A DNA stretch of 64,000 bases, from the NCBI GenBank assembly GCA_965198005.1, contig CBDAOI010000002.1, forward strand, positions 128,001 to 192,000, read 5' to 3'. Below the pieces are notes generated by a model. That model had not been told where the DNA came from. It ran no database searches and was given only the letters and a program-made list of their open reading frames with translations. Below, piece after piece: positions 49,953 through 61,218 of the stretch. The position numbers were made by a program, and so were the translations under genes. The stretch is from Spirochaetia bacterium. Its GTDB lineage: Bacteria; Spirochaetota; Spirochaetia; SZUA-6; Bin103. Each line of letters opens with the position of its first letter. Positions within the stretch are counted from its first letter, which is position 1.

Positions 49953-50663
49953 ATGAGTGATGAACGGTTATCGACGATGCAGAACGTGAAGCGTATGGTT
50001 TGTCTCGCGAACTCACGGAAACTGCACGGGCGGTGCATTGCAGGCAGAGAGTGGCACGACACTCGGGCCGGCCGTTGGATCCGGCCGGTCAGTGCGCGCG
50101 ATGCCCAGGATGTGTCGGAGTACGAACGACAGTACAAAGACGGCAGTGACCCACGGGTACTCGACATTATTGAGATCCCCGTGCTGGAGCCAAAGCCGAA
50201 GGACTATCAGACCGAGAACTGGTTGCTCGATCCCAAATACTACTGGAAGAAGGTGGGCCGGCTACCGTGGCCCGAGCTCAAGCTGCTCACGGACGCGGTC
50301 GCGCCACTCTGGATCAACGGACATAGTACGTACAACGGTCAAAATGACGAGGTCCCGATCGGGGCCGCCGGATCGGTGGCCGATTCGCTGAGACTGGTCC
50401 ACGTTGACCGAATCCAGTTGGTCGTGTGCAACCCGGGCGAAGCCTTCGGCAATAGCAAACGACGCGTGCAGGGTTGCTTCGAGCACGCCGGCCACAAGTA
50501 CGCCCTGTGGGTTACCGACCCCCAATTTGAGCGAACCTATCTTGCAAAGCAGGATGGCAGCTATGAGATCGGTGAATGCTATCTCACCATTAGCCTCGGG
50601 GAACCGTACCGAGGCGCGTGCTACAAACTGATCGCCGCGATCATCGTCGGCGACCGGCGGTAG
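49953..50663 (+). CDS. dual OB-fold domain protein
   Basis: VCLANSRKLHGRCIAG, WIRPVS, PRVLDIIEI, YQTENW, WVTDP, LTISLGEP..YKLIAAI. Confidence 0.8.
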   Translation: MSDERLSTMQNVKRMVCLANSRKLHGRCIAGREWHDTRAGRWIRPVSARDAQDVSEYERQYKDGSDPRVLDIIEIPVLEPKPKDYQTENWLLDPKYYWKKVGRLPWPELKLLTDAVAPLWINGHSTYNGQNDEVPIGAAGSVADSLRLVHVDRIQLVVCNPGEAFGNSKRRVQGCFEHAGHKYALWVTDPQFERTYLAKQDGSYEIGECYLTISLGEPYRGACYKLIAAIIVGDRR

Positions 50664-50667
50664 GATC

Positions 50668-51285
50668 ATGCCGGCGCACGACGGAACCATACTGACCATC
50701 GGCCACTCCACGCACGCATTGGAGGCGTTCGTCACATTGTTGCAGCGCCACTGCGTGACCGTGGTAGCGGATGTCCGCGCGGTGCCGTACAGCCGCTTCA
50801 ATCCCCAGTTCAACCGCGAGCCGCTGGCGGACAGCCTGGCCGAGCATGGCATGAAGTACGTGTTCCTCGGACGGGAGTTGGGCGGGCGCTCGGACGACCC
50901 CTCCTGCTACGACAATGGGCGCATCTGCTACAACCGTCTTGGCGGCACCCAGTCATTCCAAGACGGACTAGACCGCGCGGTGCGCGGCGCGGCTAATCAC
51001 CGCATCGCGCTCATGTGCGCCGAGAAAGAGCCGCTGGAGTGCCACCGCGCCCTGCTGGTGGCGCCGGCGCTTGAGGCGCGTGGCCTGCCGGTCGGCCATA
51101 TCCTGGCGGACGGTGCGCTGGAAACCCACGCCGACGCCATGGACCGCCTGCTCGCCATGTACGACGAACCGAAGCAGGGGGATTTGTTCGGGCATCTTGA
51201 CACACGGGTCGAGGGAGCCATCGCTAAACAAGCGGCACGCTTCGGACACCGAAACGAGAATCTGGCCGCCGGGCAAGAGGCATGA
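50668..51285 (+). CDS. DUF488 family protein
   Basis: TIGHS, VADVR..PYSR, ELGGR, LMCAEKEPLECHR. Confidence 0.88.
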   Translation: MPAHDGTILTIGHSTHALEAFVTLLQRHCVTVVADVRAVPYSRFNPQFNREPLADSLAEHGMKYVFLGRELGGRSDDPSCYDNGRICYNRLGGTQSFQDGLDRAVRGAANHRIALMCAEKEPLECHRALLVAPALEARGLPVGHILADGALETHADAMDRLLAMYDEPKQGDLFGHLDTRVEGAIAKQAARFGHRNENLAAGQEA

Positions 51286-51719
51286 AGCTATTCACCATCG
51301 GCTTCACCAGGAAGTCAGCGCGCCGTTTCTTCGCGTTGCTGCGCGAATCAGGCGCCAAGCGGATCGTGGATGTCCGACTCAACAACGTGTCACAGCTCGC
51401 CGGTTTTGCCAAGAAAGAAGATCTCGCCTACTTTCTGCATGAGATCTGCGAGATCGGGTACGTCCACGCACCCGAATTGGCTCCCACCCAGGAGATGCTG
51501 GACGATTACAAGAAGCGCCGAGGCGACTGGAGCACCTACGAGACGCGCTTCCTGGACCTCATGCGCGAGCGCCGGATCGAGCAGACCGTGTCCCGCGAAT
51601 TCGTTGCAAGCGGCTGCCTGCTATGCAGTGAGGACAAGCCCTTTCACTGCCATCGCCGGCTGGTCGCGGAGTACCTCGACCGACAGTGGGGCGGAATCGA
51701 CATCACGCATCTCGGATAG
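51282..51719 (+). CDS. DUF488 family protein (second subtype)
   Basis: FTIGFTRKSA, VDVRLNNVSQLAGFAK, LAPT, LLCSEDKPFHCHRRLV; ATGA overlap. Confidence 0.88.
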   Translation: MKLFTIGFTRKSARRFFALLRESGAKRIVDVRLNNVSQLAGFAKKEDLAYFLHEICEIGYVHAPELAPTQEMLDDYKKRRGDWSTYETRFLDLMRERRIEQTVSREFVASGCLLCSEDKPFHCHRRLVAEYLDRQWGGIDITHLG

Positions 51720-52050
51720 ACAGGCGCCCGAATTGCGGTGGCGAATCTGCGGGCGAGCATGCGTGCGCCGGCAAGCCACACCCAGGCTGCTGACACCGAG
51801 AGCAGGCGATGATGATGCATGATCAAGCGGCGGCACCGTTCGTACCATGCGTGGCTGCGTTCCACGATCCACCGTTTCGGCAGCACGAGGAATCCCTTGC
51901 TGTCCGCCTGCACCGCAAACAGCTCCCCTTGGTCGGGACTTACCCAGCGTCCCACGTTACGATTCGCCGGATGCCGCACCACCTCCACCTCGATCCGGTG
52001 CTGCTGCTGGATACGCGCGGCGCACGCACCAGAATAGCCGGCATCGACAT
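51720..52050 (-). pseudogene. IS5-family transposase C-terminal fragment
   Basis: VDAGYSG..GFLVLPKRWIVERSHAW..RRL. Confidence 0.8.
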
Positions 52051-52353
52051 ACCCGCGCGGCGGGCCGACGCTCTCCAGTTCGGCAGGATCAAGGGTGCAA
52101 ATCGCCTGCAGCTTGTTGTGCGAGCGCGGACTCGCCGAGACTGTCGAATCTTCTTTCCAAGGAACAACGAGGGCTGATGTGGACGTCCGTATCGCCGATA
52201 CTTCACCGAGAGCCTCGCCAGCGCAGCCCACCCGGCCTCTCCCGTCATCATTCTGGAAGAGCCCGAGTTGGGCTTGCATCCATACGCCATCACGCGCGCC
52301 TGCTCTGCTCGCCTTTCCTTGACAACCCGCCCATTCTCATTACTCTGCCGCCC

Positions 52354-53667
52354 GTGATAGACGAAGGCCCTCGCCGCCCGGCGACCACCTCGGAGTTCTT
52401 CACTTCCGGCGTCGCGCAACGGGACCCGATGATCGCCGAGGCGCTGGCCAGCGAAGGGCGGCGCCAGCAGCAGCAGATCGAACTCATCGCTTCCGAGAAC
52501 ATTGTCAGCCGCGCCGTCCTCGAGGCGCTCGGTCATGAAGTGGTGAACAAGACGCTCGAAGGATACCCAGGCGCCCGCTACCACGCCGGCGGGCGCTTCG
52601 TGGACGTGATCGAGCAGGCCGCCGTGGACCGCGCGTGCGAGCTGTTCGGGTGCGCCTACGCGAACGTACAGCCGCACTCCGGCAGCCAAGCCAACCTCGC
52701 CGTGTTCTTCGCGTTGGTGCGGCCCGGCGACCGCGTGCTGAGCCTGGACTTGGCCGCGGGCGGTCACTTGAGCCACGGGCTCCGCGCGAACCTGTCAGGC
52801 CGCTGGTTCGAGGTCCACCACTACGGGGTCTCCCGCGAGACTGGAATGATCGACTACGGCGAGGCGGAGGCGAGGATTTTGGAGGTGCGGCCGCGACTGC
52901 TGATCGCTGGCGGGTCCTCCTACCCGCGAACCCTGGACTTCGAGAGGCTGGCCGACGCTGCCCGGACGGTCGGTGCGTACTTCGTGGTGGATATGGCGCA
53001 TATCGCCGGCCTCGTGGCTGGCGGCGCCCACCCGTCGCCGATACCGCACGCCGATATTGTCACCTGCACCACCACAAAGACCCTGCGCGGGCCGCGCGGC
53101 GGAATGATCCTCGCGCGGGATGAGAGCTGGAGAAGGAAATTGCAATCCGCCGTCTTTCCGGGCGTCCAGGGCAGCATCCACACTCAGGTCATAGCCGCGA
53201 AGGCGGTCTGCCTGGGCGAGGCGCTGCAACCGGAGTTCAGAGACTACGCCCACCAAGTCAAGAAGAACGCCGCGCGCTTGGCCGCGGTCCTGGCCGATGG
53301 CGGACTGGCGGTCGTTACCGGCGGCACGGACACCCACATCGTCCTGCTGGACCTATCCGACATCGGAATGACCGGTCAGGCTGCCGAGCGCGTTCTCGAG
53401 CGGTACGGCATCACGACCAACAAGAATCCGATCCCGTTCGACGTCAGCAATCCGGCCGAGTGGAGCGGGCTGCGGATAGGAGTCGCGGCCGCCACCACGC
53501 GCGGGTTCCGGGAGGCGGAAATGGAACAGCTCGGACAGGTGATTTCCTCCCTGCTGACGGCACCCGGTGCCGGCGACGAGGCGCAACGGATCGTGGCGAG
53601 GCTCTGCCGATCGTTCCCGCTCGGCATGCGGACGCATGACGGTGTTGCTGTTGTTCGGCCTGGGTGA
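52354..53667 (+). CDS. glyA: SHMT-family enzyme, 2-methylserine hydroxymethyltransferase-like (copy 3, full length)
   Basis: 437 aa, near-identical to copy 1. Confidence 0.9.
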   Translation: MIDEGPRRPATTSEFFTSGVAQRDPMIAEALASEGRRQQQQIELIASENIVSRAVLEALGHEVVNKTLEGYPGARYHAGGRFVDVIEQAAVDRACELFGCAYANVQPHSGSQANLAVFFALVRPGDRVLSLDLAAGGHLSHGLRANLSGRWFEVHHYGVSRETGMIDYGEAEARILEVRPRLLIAGGSSYPRTLDFERLADAARTVGAYFVVDMAHIAGLVAGGAHPSPIPHADIVTCTTTKTLRGPRGGMILARDESWRRKLQSAVFPGVQGSIHTQVIAAKAVCLGEALQPEFRDYAHQVKKNAARLAAVLADGGLAVVTGGTDTHIVLLDLSDIGMTGQAAERVLERYGITTNKNPIPFDVSNPAEWSGLRIGVAAATTRGFREAEMEQLGQVISSLLTAPGAGDEAQRIVARLCRSFPLGMRTHDGVAVVRPG

Positions 53668-54269
53668 TCCTTGGTAGTATTGGCGACAACATGAGCGGGC
53701 CGAACGAAACTGTTTCCATGACGGTGGTGAACTGGAATGTCGAGTGGGCCACCCCCGGATCCTGGAGTCGTCGCGACGAGATCCTGAGCCGTATCGACCG
53801 GGAAGCTCCGGACATTGTGTGTCTCACGGAGTCGGACATCAGGCTGTTGGCCGGCATGCCGGGCCACACGATCCACTCTCAGCCGGACGGCGTAAAGGGG
53901 ATCGACAACCTACGGATGGTGATCCTTTGGTCGAGAGAGCCATGGGAGCAGGTCGATGACTTCGGATCAGACTCGATGCCTCCAGGCAGCTTCGTGTCCG
54001 GCGTCACCCGCACGCCTTTGGGCGATGTTACGATCCTTGGGGTCTGCATACCCTACCAAGAGATTCGGGATGCCCTGCGGGACGCCATCCCCCCAGACAT
54101 CACGATTGCCACCGCCGCGCTCGGTCTCGGCGGCCGAAGGGTGATCGACCACGTTGCGCTGAGCGAGGATCTGTCAGCGCGGTCTCTGCGGCTGATCAGC
54201 CGATTCCACCAGGAGAGGAAACTGTCAGACCACCCAGGGGTGGTTGCCGATCTGTCATCGCTGGTGTAG
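53664..54269 (+). pseudogene. EEP protein (copy 3) with in-frame 56-aa deletion
   Basis: CIPYQ joined to EIRDAL; the LGDFN catalytic motif is lost. Confidence 0.85.
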
Positions 54270-54288
54270 CCGACCGGTTCCAGTCGAT

Positions 54289-54537
54289 CTGGTCGGTCTT
54301 CTCCAAGGTGGCCGCCGCTCTGGACGAGCACCTGCTCCTGACCGAACCGCGCCTGTTCGGTCGCCTGGAGCGCCGGCTCGCGCAGATGGAGCGCCCGCCG
54401 TTCGAGTTCTGCGTGGTGGACGAGGCGCAGGACATCGGCGTGGCCGAGTTGCGCTTTCTGGCCGCCCTCGGGGCCGGCCGCCCGGACGCCCTGTTCTTCC
54501 CAGTGACATCGGTCAAAGGAACTTCCGGACGCCGTTC
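54289..54537 (+). pseudogene. UvrD short fragment
   Basis: WSVFSK..VVDEAQD..PDALFF. Confidence 0.8.
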
Positions 54538-55072
54538 GACGCACGGAAGAAGAGGGCCCACACGGGGGATCTCGCGGGATAGTCCGGAAATCGTGTTGCG
54601 CGCGCCGGTCGGAAAGTGAGCCAAAACGCCGGTCGGTTTTTGACCCACCCAAGCAGTGCAGATGGAGTGTAACGGAGGCGGCGGTAAATGGGGAGGGGGT
54701 CCGGGGGAGGGGTGAGATTGCTTGTGGATATTGTGGAAAACTCGGCATTGAGCTGCGGGTGCTGCGGCGACGTGGACGGCCGTGATCGGCGCCGGTCTGC
54801 GCGGTTAGGCCGTCGCAGGGCCGTGGTCAGTGAAGCTGCCGGGATTCAGCGGGTGCTGCGAGTCAGAATGGAGAACCTGAGGGCCGATTCGGTGTTCAGC
54901 AGGGGGGTATCCAGAGACCACCTGTGCGCGTGGCGGGGCCTTGCAGGGTCGCTGTGAGCGCGTGTTCCGCGCCGGACAGGCAGGATGCCGGCCTGCGGTG
55001 GCGCTACCGCCGTCGGGTGGGTGCGACCGAGCCGATCCAGGAGCCCGTGTCTGTGCGGGACCGCCGGCAGTG

Positions 55073-57360
55073 CGCCGCTTGGAAATTGACCCACCCCGGC
55101 GGCGCGTGGAGCCGTCGCAGGGCCGTGGTCAGTGATGCTCGCCACTGCAGCGCATGCGGCGGTCGGGATGTGGTAAGGAGAGCCTGCGCGGAACGAGTTG
55201 GCGGTGACAGTTGGGAAGCGACCGTGAGGTGGCTGCGGCGCGCTACGGCATGCCGGCTGCCGGATCGGAGTGGAACGTCAGTAACGACCGCAGGCAGGGG
55301 CCGGCTGCGGCTTGCCTCAGTCGCGCCCGTACCCTCGCGGCGGCTCGACGCTCTCCAGTTCGGCAAGATCAAGCCCGCAGATCGGTCCCAGATAGCTGCC
55401 CAGGGACGGCAGGCGCACACTGGACTGGAAGGAGAAGTCGAACTCCCCGACGGTCTTCAGGAACGGGAAGCGAGCCGGTCTGACCGAGCGCTGGATGCGG
55501 GTCTGTTGGCGATGGGCGATGGGAGATCTCCTCGGTGATCAGCAGCCGAGGAACTCCCGGCACGACCAGCCATGCGTCTGTGCGCGCTCGAGCAACTGCC
55601 GCCAGCGGCGGCGGGTGTTGGCCAGGTTGAGCCGGCGCAGCAGCGGATCGAACTCCACGGTGGCCGGATCGTAGGGCAGCGAGTGCGAGGTGGCCGCGCT
55701 CATCGCCAGCGCTTCTGAGAGGGTGTGGATGCGTGCTCGACCGGCCCGGTGGGTGCTGGCTGCACGCGGATCAGGTCGGTGACGGAGAAAAATCGTTCAT
55801 AGCGGCCCTGTGCGGCGTTTTCTCAGAGCAGGTGGTATCCCACAACACCCCCCTGGATAGACGATTGCAGCTCGATACGGTGCCATAATCACGGTCTCTC
55901 GCTGCGGTGGGGCTGGTCGCGGGCGGTCTCCGATCCCCGTTCAGGCACCGGACGACGTACTCGGTGGTGCAGGTGTGCGCGGCCACGGCGCCTGGAACGC
56001 GCGGTCCAGCGTCTTGGGACCATGCTGCTGCAGGTGGTGCGGGACCGCCGCTTGGAAATTGACCCACCCCGGCGGCGTGTGGAGCCGTCGCAGGGCCGTG
56101 GTCAGTGATGCTCGCCGCTGCAGCGCATGCGGCGGTCGGGATGTGGTAAGGAGAGCCTGCGCGGAACGAGTTGGCGGTGACAGTTGGGAAGCGACCGTGA
56201 GGTGGCCCCGATTCGGCGCCGCTACGGCATGCCGGCTGCCGGATCGGGGTGGAACGTCAGTAACGACCGCAGGCAGGGGCCGGCTGCGGCTTGCCTCAGT
56301 CGCGCCCGTACCCTCGCGGCGGCTCGACGCTCTCCAGTTCGGCAAGATCAAGCCCGCAGATCGGTCCCAGATAGCTGCCCAGGGACGGCAGGCGCACACT
56401 GGACTGGAAGGAGAAGTCGAACTCCCCGACGGTCTTCAGGAACGGGAAGCGAGCCGGTCTGACCGAGCGCTGGATGCGGGTCTGTTGGCGATGGGCGATG
56501 GGAGATCTCCTCGGTGATCAGCACGCCGAGGAACTCCCGGCACGACCAGCCATGCGTCTGTGCGCGCTCGAGCAACTGCCGCCAGCGGCGGCGGGTGTTG
56601 GCCAGGTTGAGCCGGCGCAGCAGCGGATCGAACTCCACGGTGGCCGGATCGTAGGGCAGCGAGTGCGAGGTGGCCGCGTTCATCGCCAGCGCTTCTGAGA
56701 GGGTGCGGATGCGTGCTCGACCGGCCCGGTGGGTGCTGGCTGCACGCGGATCATGTCGGTGACGGAGAAAAATCGTTCATAGCGGCCCTGTGCGGCGTTT
56801 TCTCAGACGATTGCAGCTCGATACGGTGCCATAATCACGGTCTCCTCGCTCCGGTGGAGCTGGTCGCGGGCGGTCTCCGATCCCCGTTCAGGCACCCACC
56901 GGACGACGTATTCGGTGATGCAGGTGTGCGCGGCCACGGCGGCCTGGAACGTCGCGATACCAGGTGCGCGGGGCACGGTGCACCAACATCGTGAGGAACT
57001 GCAGTGCCGCCTTCCCGGTCTCCAGCAGATGCTCGCGTTGCAGATAGCGGCGACCCGTTTCCGGAGACCGCCGCCAACTGCGCGGCGCGCTGCTCGGGCT
57101 GGCGCGACACCGTCCCCTTGGCGATGTAACGCGGATGCCTGGTAGCGACCGGCGACGATGTGCACGTGGTCCCGGTACAGAAACAGAGCCCCGGCCATTC
57201 CTGCGGCCTCCGGGGGCATCGCATGCCGCGACCGTCGTAGCTCACCTCGGCGGTCACGGTTCCACTCGGTCACTTCCCCGTTCTTCGCCCACCTCAGCGC
57301 CACCGTCTTGGGACGGTCGAACACCCCGCACAGTGTCACCCCACCGAACAAAACGAAGTT
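55073..57360 (-). pseudogene. degenerate istA/istB remnants of a different IS21 member, about 0.95-kb tandem duplication
   Basis: 55073-about 55998 repeats at 56046-about 56951; LRRLNLANTRR, ARFPFLKT, VFDRPKTVA fragments. Confidence 0.8.
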
Positions 57361-57493
57361 AGTCAACGCTCATGGCCACTGCGCACCGTTACGTAACGGG
57401 TCCTGGTCCATCCGGCAGACGGTGCATCTGCGCCGCGCTCAGTGCTCACCGCGGCGCCAGTCGGGGGCGCCGGGCGTTCCTGTGAGCGGCGGG

Positions 57494-58267
57494 TCATGGC
57501 GTCGCCTGCGGGGAGCCGCCGCCGCTACGGCGGCGTGCCGCGGTGCGGTAGGAGACCCCCTTGGTGGTGATGATGTGCGCGTGGTGGCCGAGCCGGTCCA
57601 GCAGCGCCGTGGTCAGCTTCTCGTCAGCGAACACGCTGACCCATTCGCCGAACGCCAGATTGGTGGTGACAATCGTCGCGCGTCGTTCATAGCGATCAGC
57701 GATCAGGTTGAACAACAGTTCGCCACCAGCGCGGTCGAACGGGACAAAGCCCAGCTCGTCGATGATCAACAAGCTCACCCGACGCAGCCGCAGCTGCAGC
57801 CGTCCCAGTTCCCGGTCGTCCCTGGCCTCCAGCAGCTGGCGCACCAGATCGGCCGCTTTGACGAACAGCACGCGGAACCGCCGCTTGGCCGCTTCCACTC
57901 CCAAAGCGATGGCCAGATGCGATTTGCCGGTGCCGATCGGACCGGCGATCACCACGTCCTCGGGCTTCTCGACGAACCCACAGCTCGCCAGTTCGATGAT
58001 CTGCTGCTTGGAGACCCCCGCCATGGCATCCCAGTCGATCTGCCCCAGGGTCTTCAGGTCGGGAAAGCGCGCTTCGCGCAGCCGGCGCGCAGTGGTGCTG
58101 GCTTCACGGGCGCGGATCTCGCTGTCGAGCAGTTCCCGCAGGTATTCCGCGTAGGTCCAGGAGTCGGCACCGGCTTGGCGAGCGAGTTGCCCGTATTCAC
58201 GCCGCATGGTCGGCAGCTTGAGAGACTTCAGGTGCTGCTCGATCACCGCATCCGTCAGCTCGCTCAT
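57494..58267 (-). CDS. istB: IS21 helper ATPase IstB
   Basis: [40 protein letters not shown] overlap with istA. Confidence 0.93.
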   Translation of the reverse strand: MSELTDAVIEQHLKSLKLPTMRREYGQLARQAGADSWTYAEYLRELLDSEIRAREASTTARRLREARFPDLKTLGQIDWDAMAGVSKQQIIELASCGFVEKPEDVVIAGPIGTGKSHLAIALGVEAAKRRFRVLFVKAADLVRQLLEARDDRELGRLQLRLRRVSLLIIDELGFVPFDRAGGELLFNLIADRYERRATIVTTNLAFGEWVSVFADEKLTTALLDRLGHHAHIITTKGVSYRTAARRRSGGGSPQATP

Positions 58268-59730
58268 CAGTCGCTCCCCAGCAGCAGCGCGTCGTAGGCA
58301 GCGGCGGGCGTCGACTCCACTTGGTAATGCTGCAGCGCCGCCGGTACCGGCACCGTCGCCGGCGGCGTGCTCGGCTGGCGCGGCGCTGGCGGCACCGCAG
58401 CAAGCGCTTCGCTGAGCGTCTCGGCCACCAGTTGCTCGCCATGCTCGACGATGGCGCCGACCAGCTTGGCCACCACCCGTGCCGCCTCCAGCTCCCCGTA
58501 ACGGGTACTCAGCAACCGCCACAGCTGCTCGTACGGCGCGCCGAGTTCGGCCATCAGCTCGGGCGCTACCTGGCGCACCGCCTGCGGCTTCTTCGCCAGT
58601 TCGTCGAGATAGTGCTTATACTTGACCGTCCGGCTCCCCCGCGCCTGCTTGGCGACGGTGATCCGTTCCTCGCGCCACTCCAGCACGATGTCGGCCACCC
58701 CCACGTAGGCGGTCGCCTGGCTGCCTGACCAGTGACTGGGCACCGAGTACTGCGCACCGTCCACCCGCACCAGCGCTTGCCGGCTCACGCCCACCGGCAC
58801 GACTTGGCGCGCCTCGAACGGACGCTCGGGCAACGGGCGCAACAGCGCGCGCTCCTCGTTGAAGCGCTGCGCCACGGTGCGCCCCTGCTGGTCGGCGCGG
58901 GTGGCGCTCGCCGCGTCCGGATTCTTCAGCAGCAGCGCCGCGATCTCTGCCAGCGACTGGCCGCCGGGAATCGGCGTCAGGTGCTGCAGGCGTACGTTCT
59001 TGCCGCGCGCCTCCACGCCGCCCTTGTCGTGCCCCTCGCCCGGACGCGCGAAGCACGGCTCGAACAGATAATGCGAGCACAACGCCAGAAACCGCGCGCT
59101 GAGTTCTCGCTCGATCCCCAGCCTCCGTTTCACCGCCGCCTTCAGGTTGTCGTAGATGCAACGCTGCCAAACCCCGCCGAGATGCTTGAAGGCGCGCACG
59201 TGGCCGTCCAGAAAGGCAACTTGGTTGCAGCGTTCGTACAGCCACGCAAAGTCCCGCCCCGAATACATCAGGCGCAGCACGAACAGCCACGCCTTCTGCC
59301 GCTCGCCAGCGACCTCCACGGTCACCTCGAAGAAGTCCACCTGTGCGGCGTCCCCGGCGCGCCACACCAGCGGCAGGTACACCTCCTGGCGCGCGCGCCG
59401 CTTCTCGGCCAGATAGGCGCGCACCGTGGTGCTGCCTACCAGGTGGCCTTCCCCCACCAACTGCTTGTGCACCAGCGTCCCGGTGATGCGCTGCTTCGGC
59501 GTCGTCCGGCGCCCCCACTCCTGCAGTATCTCGTCGATCCGCTCGCGTACCTCGTCCAGCACCGGCTGCGTGCGCTTGCCTGCCTCCCGCCGCCGTGGCT
59601 CGCCGTCGGCGTCCACGTACTTGCGCACCGTGTTCCGGCTCACCCCCAGATCACGGGCGATCTGTCGGATCGACAGTCCCTCGTGGTGCCACTTGTGTTT
59701 GATAACGTATGCAAGATCCATCCCCAGCAT
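58267..59730 (-). CDS. istA: IS21 transposase IstA
   Basis: [40 protein letters not shown]. Confidence 0.93.
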   Translation of the reverse strand: MLGMDLAYVIKHKWHHEGLSIRQIARDLGVSRNTVRKYVDADGEPRRREAGKRTQPVLDEVRERIDEILQEWGRRTTPKQRITGTLVHKQLVGEGHLVGSTTVRAYLAEKRRARQEVYLPLVWRAGDAAQVDFFEVTVEVAGERQKAWLFVLRLMYSGRDFAWLYERCNQVAFLDGHVRAFKHLGGVWQRCIYDNLKAAVKRRLGIERELSARFLALCSHYLFEPCFARPGEGHDKGGVEARGKNVRLQHLTPIPGGQSLAEIAALLLKNPDAASATRADQQGRTVAQRFNEERALLRPLPERPFEARQVVPVGVSRQALVRVDGAQYSVPSHWSGSQATAYVGVADIVLEWREERITVAKQARGSRTVKYKHYLDELAKKPQAVRQVAPELMAELGAPYEQLWRLLSTRYGELEAARVVAKLVGAIVEHGEQLVAETLSEALAAVPPAPRQPSTPPATVPVPAALQHYQVESTPAAAYDALLLGSD

Positions 59731-59994
59731 CCTTCCCTCCGGTCAGCTTGATGTTTGAGCAACACCAAACTACCAGCCGGAGGCTGACTGCCGGGGGTGG
59801 GTCAATTTCTAACCGGCAAATGGCTCACTTTCCGAGCGGCGCGTGCACGTGTCCAACGGACGAACCTCGGTGCACCGGTTTCATGGTCTTCGGCGTCACG
59901 GAGGGACCGTGCCTACTGATCCGCAGGCCGGCCAGCGCGGTTCACGGCGCCGGTTGACAGGGCGGGAGCGCTGCTCAATGAATGGCAGCCAGCT

Positions 59995-60207
59995 ATGGTT
60001 CCCAACAAGATTCTGCAGCGGATAAACCGCTACGAGAAGACGCTCGGGTTGACGCTCAGCGAACCATCCGGGCTGATGGTGGAGCTGGCCGGCCGGTGCG
60101 GGCTGGACTTCGTGAGCTTCGACGCCCAGCACACGCCGTTGACGCCGGCCGCGATCGGCGAGATGTGCCGCATCGCCGACCCCTATGGCATGACGGTCTC
60201 CATGCGT
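59995..60207 (+). pseudogene. HpcH/HpaI aldolase N-terminal fragment
   Basis: MVELAGRCGLDFVSFDAQH. Confidence 0.65.
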
Positions 60208-60256
60208 AGGCCTGGTCTAGGCCGGTTTAGGCCGGTTTAGGCCTGACGAGGAGGAT

Positions 60257-60972
60257 TTGGCATTGAGTACCTCTGAAAAACCAACTCTCACCGATAATCT
60301 CGACCCATTTCCGAACAAGATCCAGATCGAAGTTTCTGACCTGGGACCGATCGCCAGTGGAAGCGTGAGGATAAAGCCGCTTACGGTTTTTGTCGGACCG
60401 AGCAATACAGGGAAGACCTATCTCTCCGTCTTGATTTATGCTTTGCATCGTGTCTTGAGTGGGTTTCGACTACTTCCAGTACCGCATCGGAGCTTGCTAC
60501 ATCCGTACGATATCTTGGAAACCAATCGTCCGACGCACTCCAGTGTTCGCAAGGATCCCGGAGTATCTGCCGAGGAAATTGTCGATCTAATGGCCAAGTG
60601 CAACACCGGATATCGTCCGTTCATGTTTCGGATCTTTCGGAATCAGTGCGCGATAGTGTACAGTCAGTCCTCCGAAATACGGAGCTTCTTGGACGTGATG
60701 TCGAGATCGAAATCAGACGATGTTTTGACTCTGGTACGATCCGTGACCTCATTCGGATGTCAAGTCAGACAAGCGAGGGACGTATCGCGGTGAGCATCGG
60801 TGACGATGACCGTGACTATTGGCACTTCAGAGTCAATCTATCGGAACCGAATATCTCCGTGTCAGGAGGTATTGAGAACATGGTTCTAATCCCCAAGAAG
60901 GAGGATCGAGGATTCGATCCTGTTTCGAAGCTCAGTGATCAATCTGGCCGCACACCGACGTCCCTCGCATGA
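60257..60972 (+). pseudogene. AAA_15/AAA_21-type ATPase, frameshifted and truncated
   Basis: DLGPI..KPLTVFVGPSNTGKTY; frameshift near 60625; no Walker B. Confidence 0.75.
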
Positions 60973-61218
60973 GCGACACTCTCAGCGGAGTCTGCAAGGC
61001 CGCTCACGGGGAGACTGCCCACCGTGTGTTCCTTTTTTTGAATCACAATAGGGACTACGATCCACATATCCAACAGGGTCCCGCTATGTTTCGCCCCGGC
61101 TTCTGCAGACCAGCCGCCACAATTCGTTCTTTCTGTTCGGAGCGCGGGGCACCGTTAAAACGACCTACATCGGGGAGGCGTTCGATCCGGAGGCATCGTT
61201 GTACGTAGCACCACGTTC

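Larger units (their letters stand above)
52240..54537 (+). repeat. direct repeat unit C (ATPase scrap-SHMT-EEP-UvrD scrap)
   Basis: Matches about 23663-26140. Confidence 0.9.
54597..59847 (-). mobile_element. IS21-family element, 5.25 kb, with 5-bp TSD CGTGT
   Basis: IRs tgc(g/a)cgcgccg(g/c)tcggaaagtgagcc at both ends; cgtgt at 54592-54596 and 59848-59852. Confidence 0.88.

Noticed and set aside
51847-52353. N-terminal extension on SHMT copy 3 (606-aa ORF)
   Set aside because: Reads through IS5/istB/ATPase scraps; copy 1 defines the real start region.
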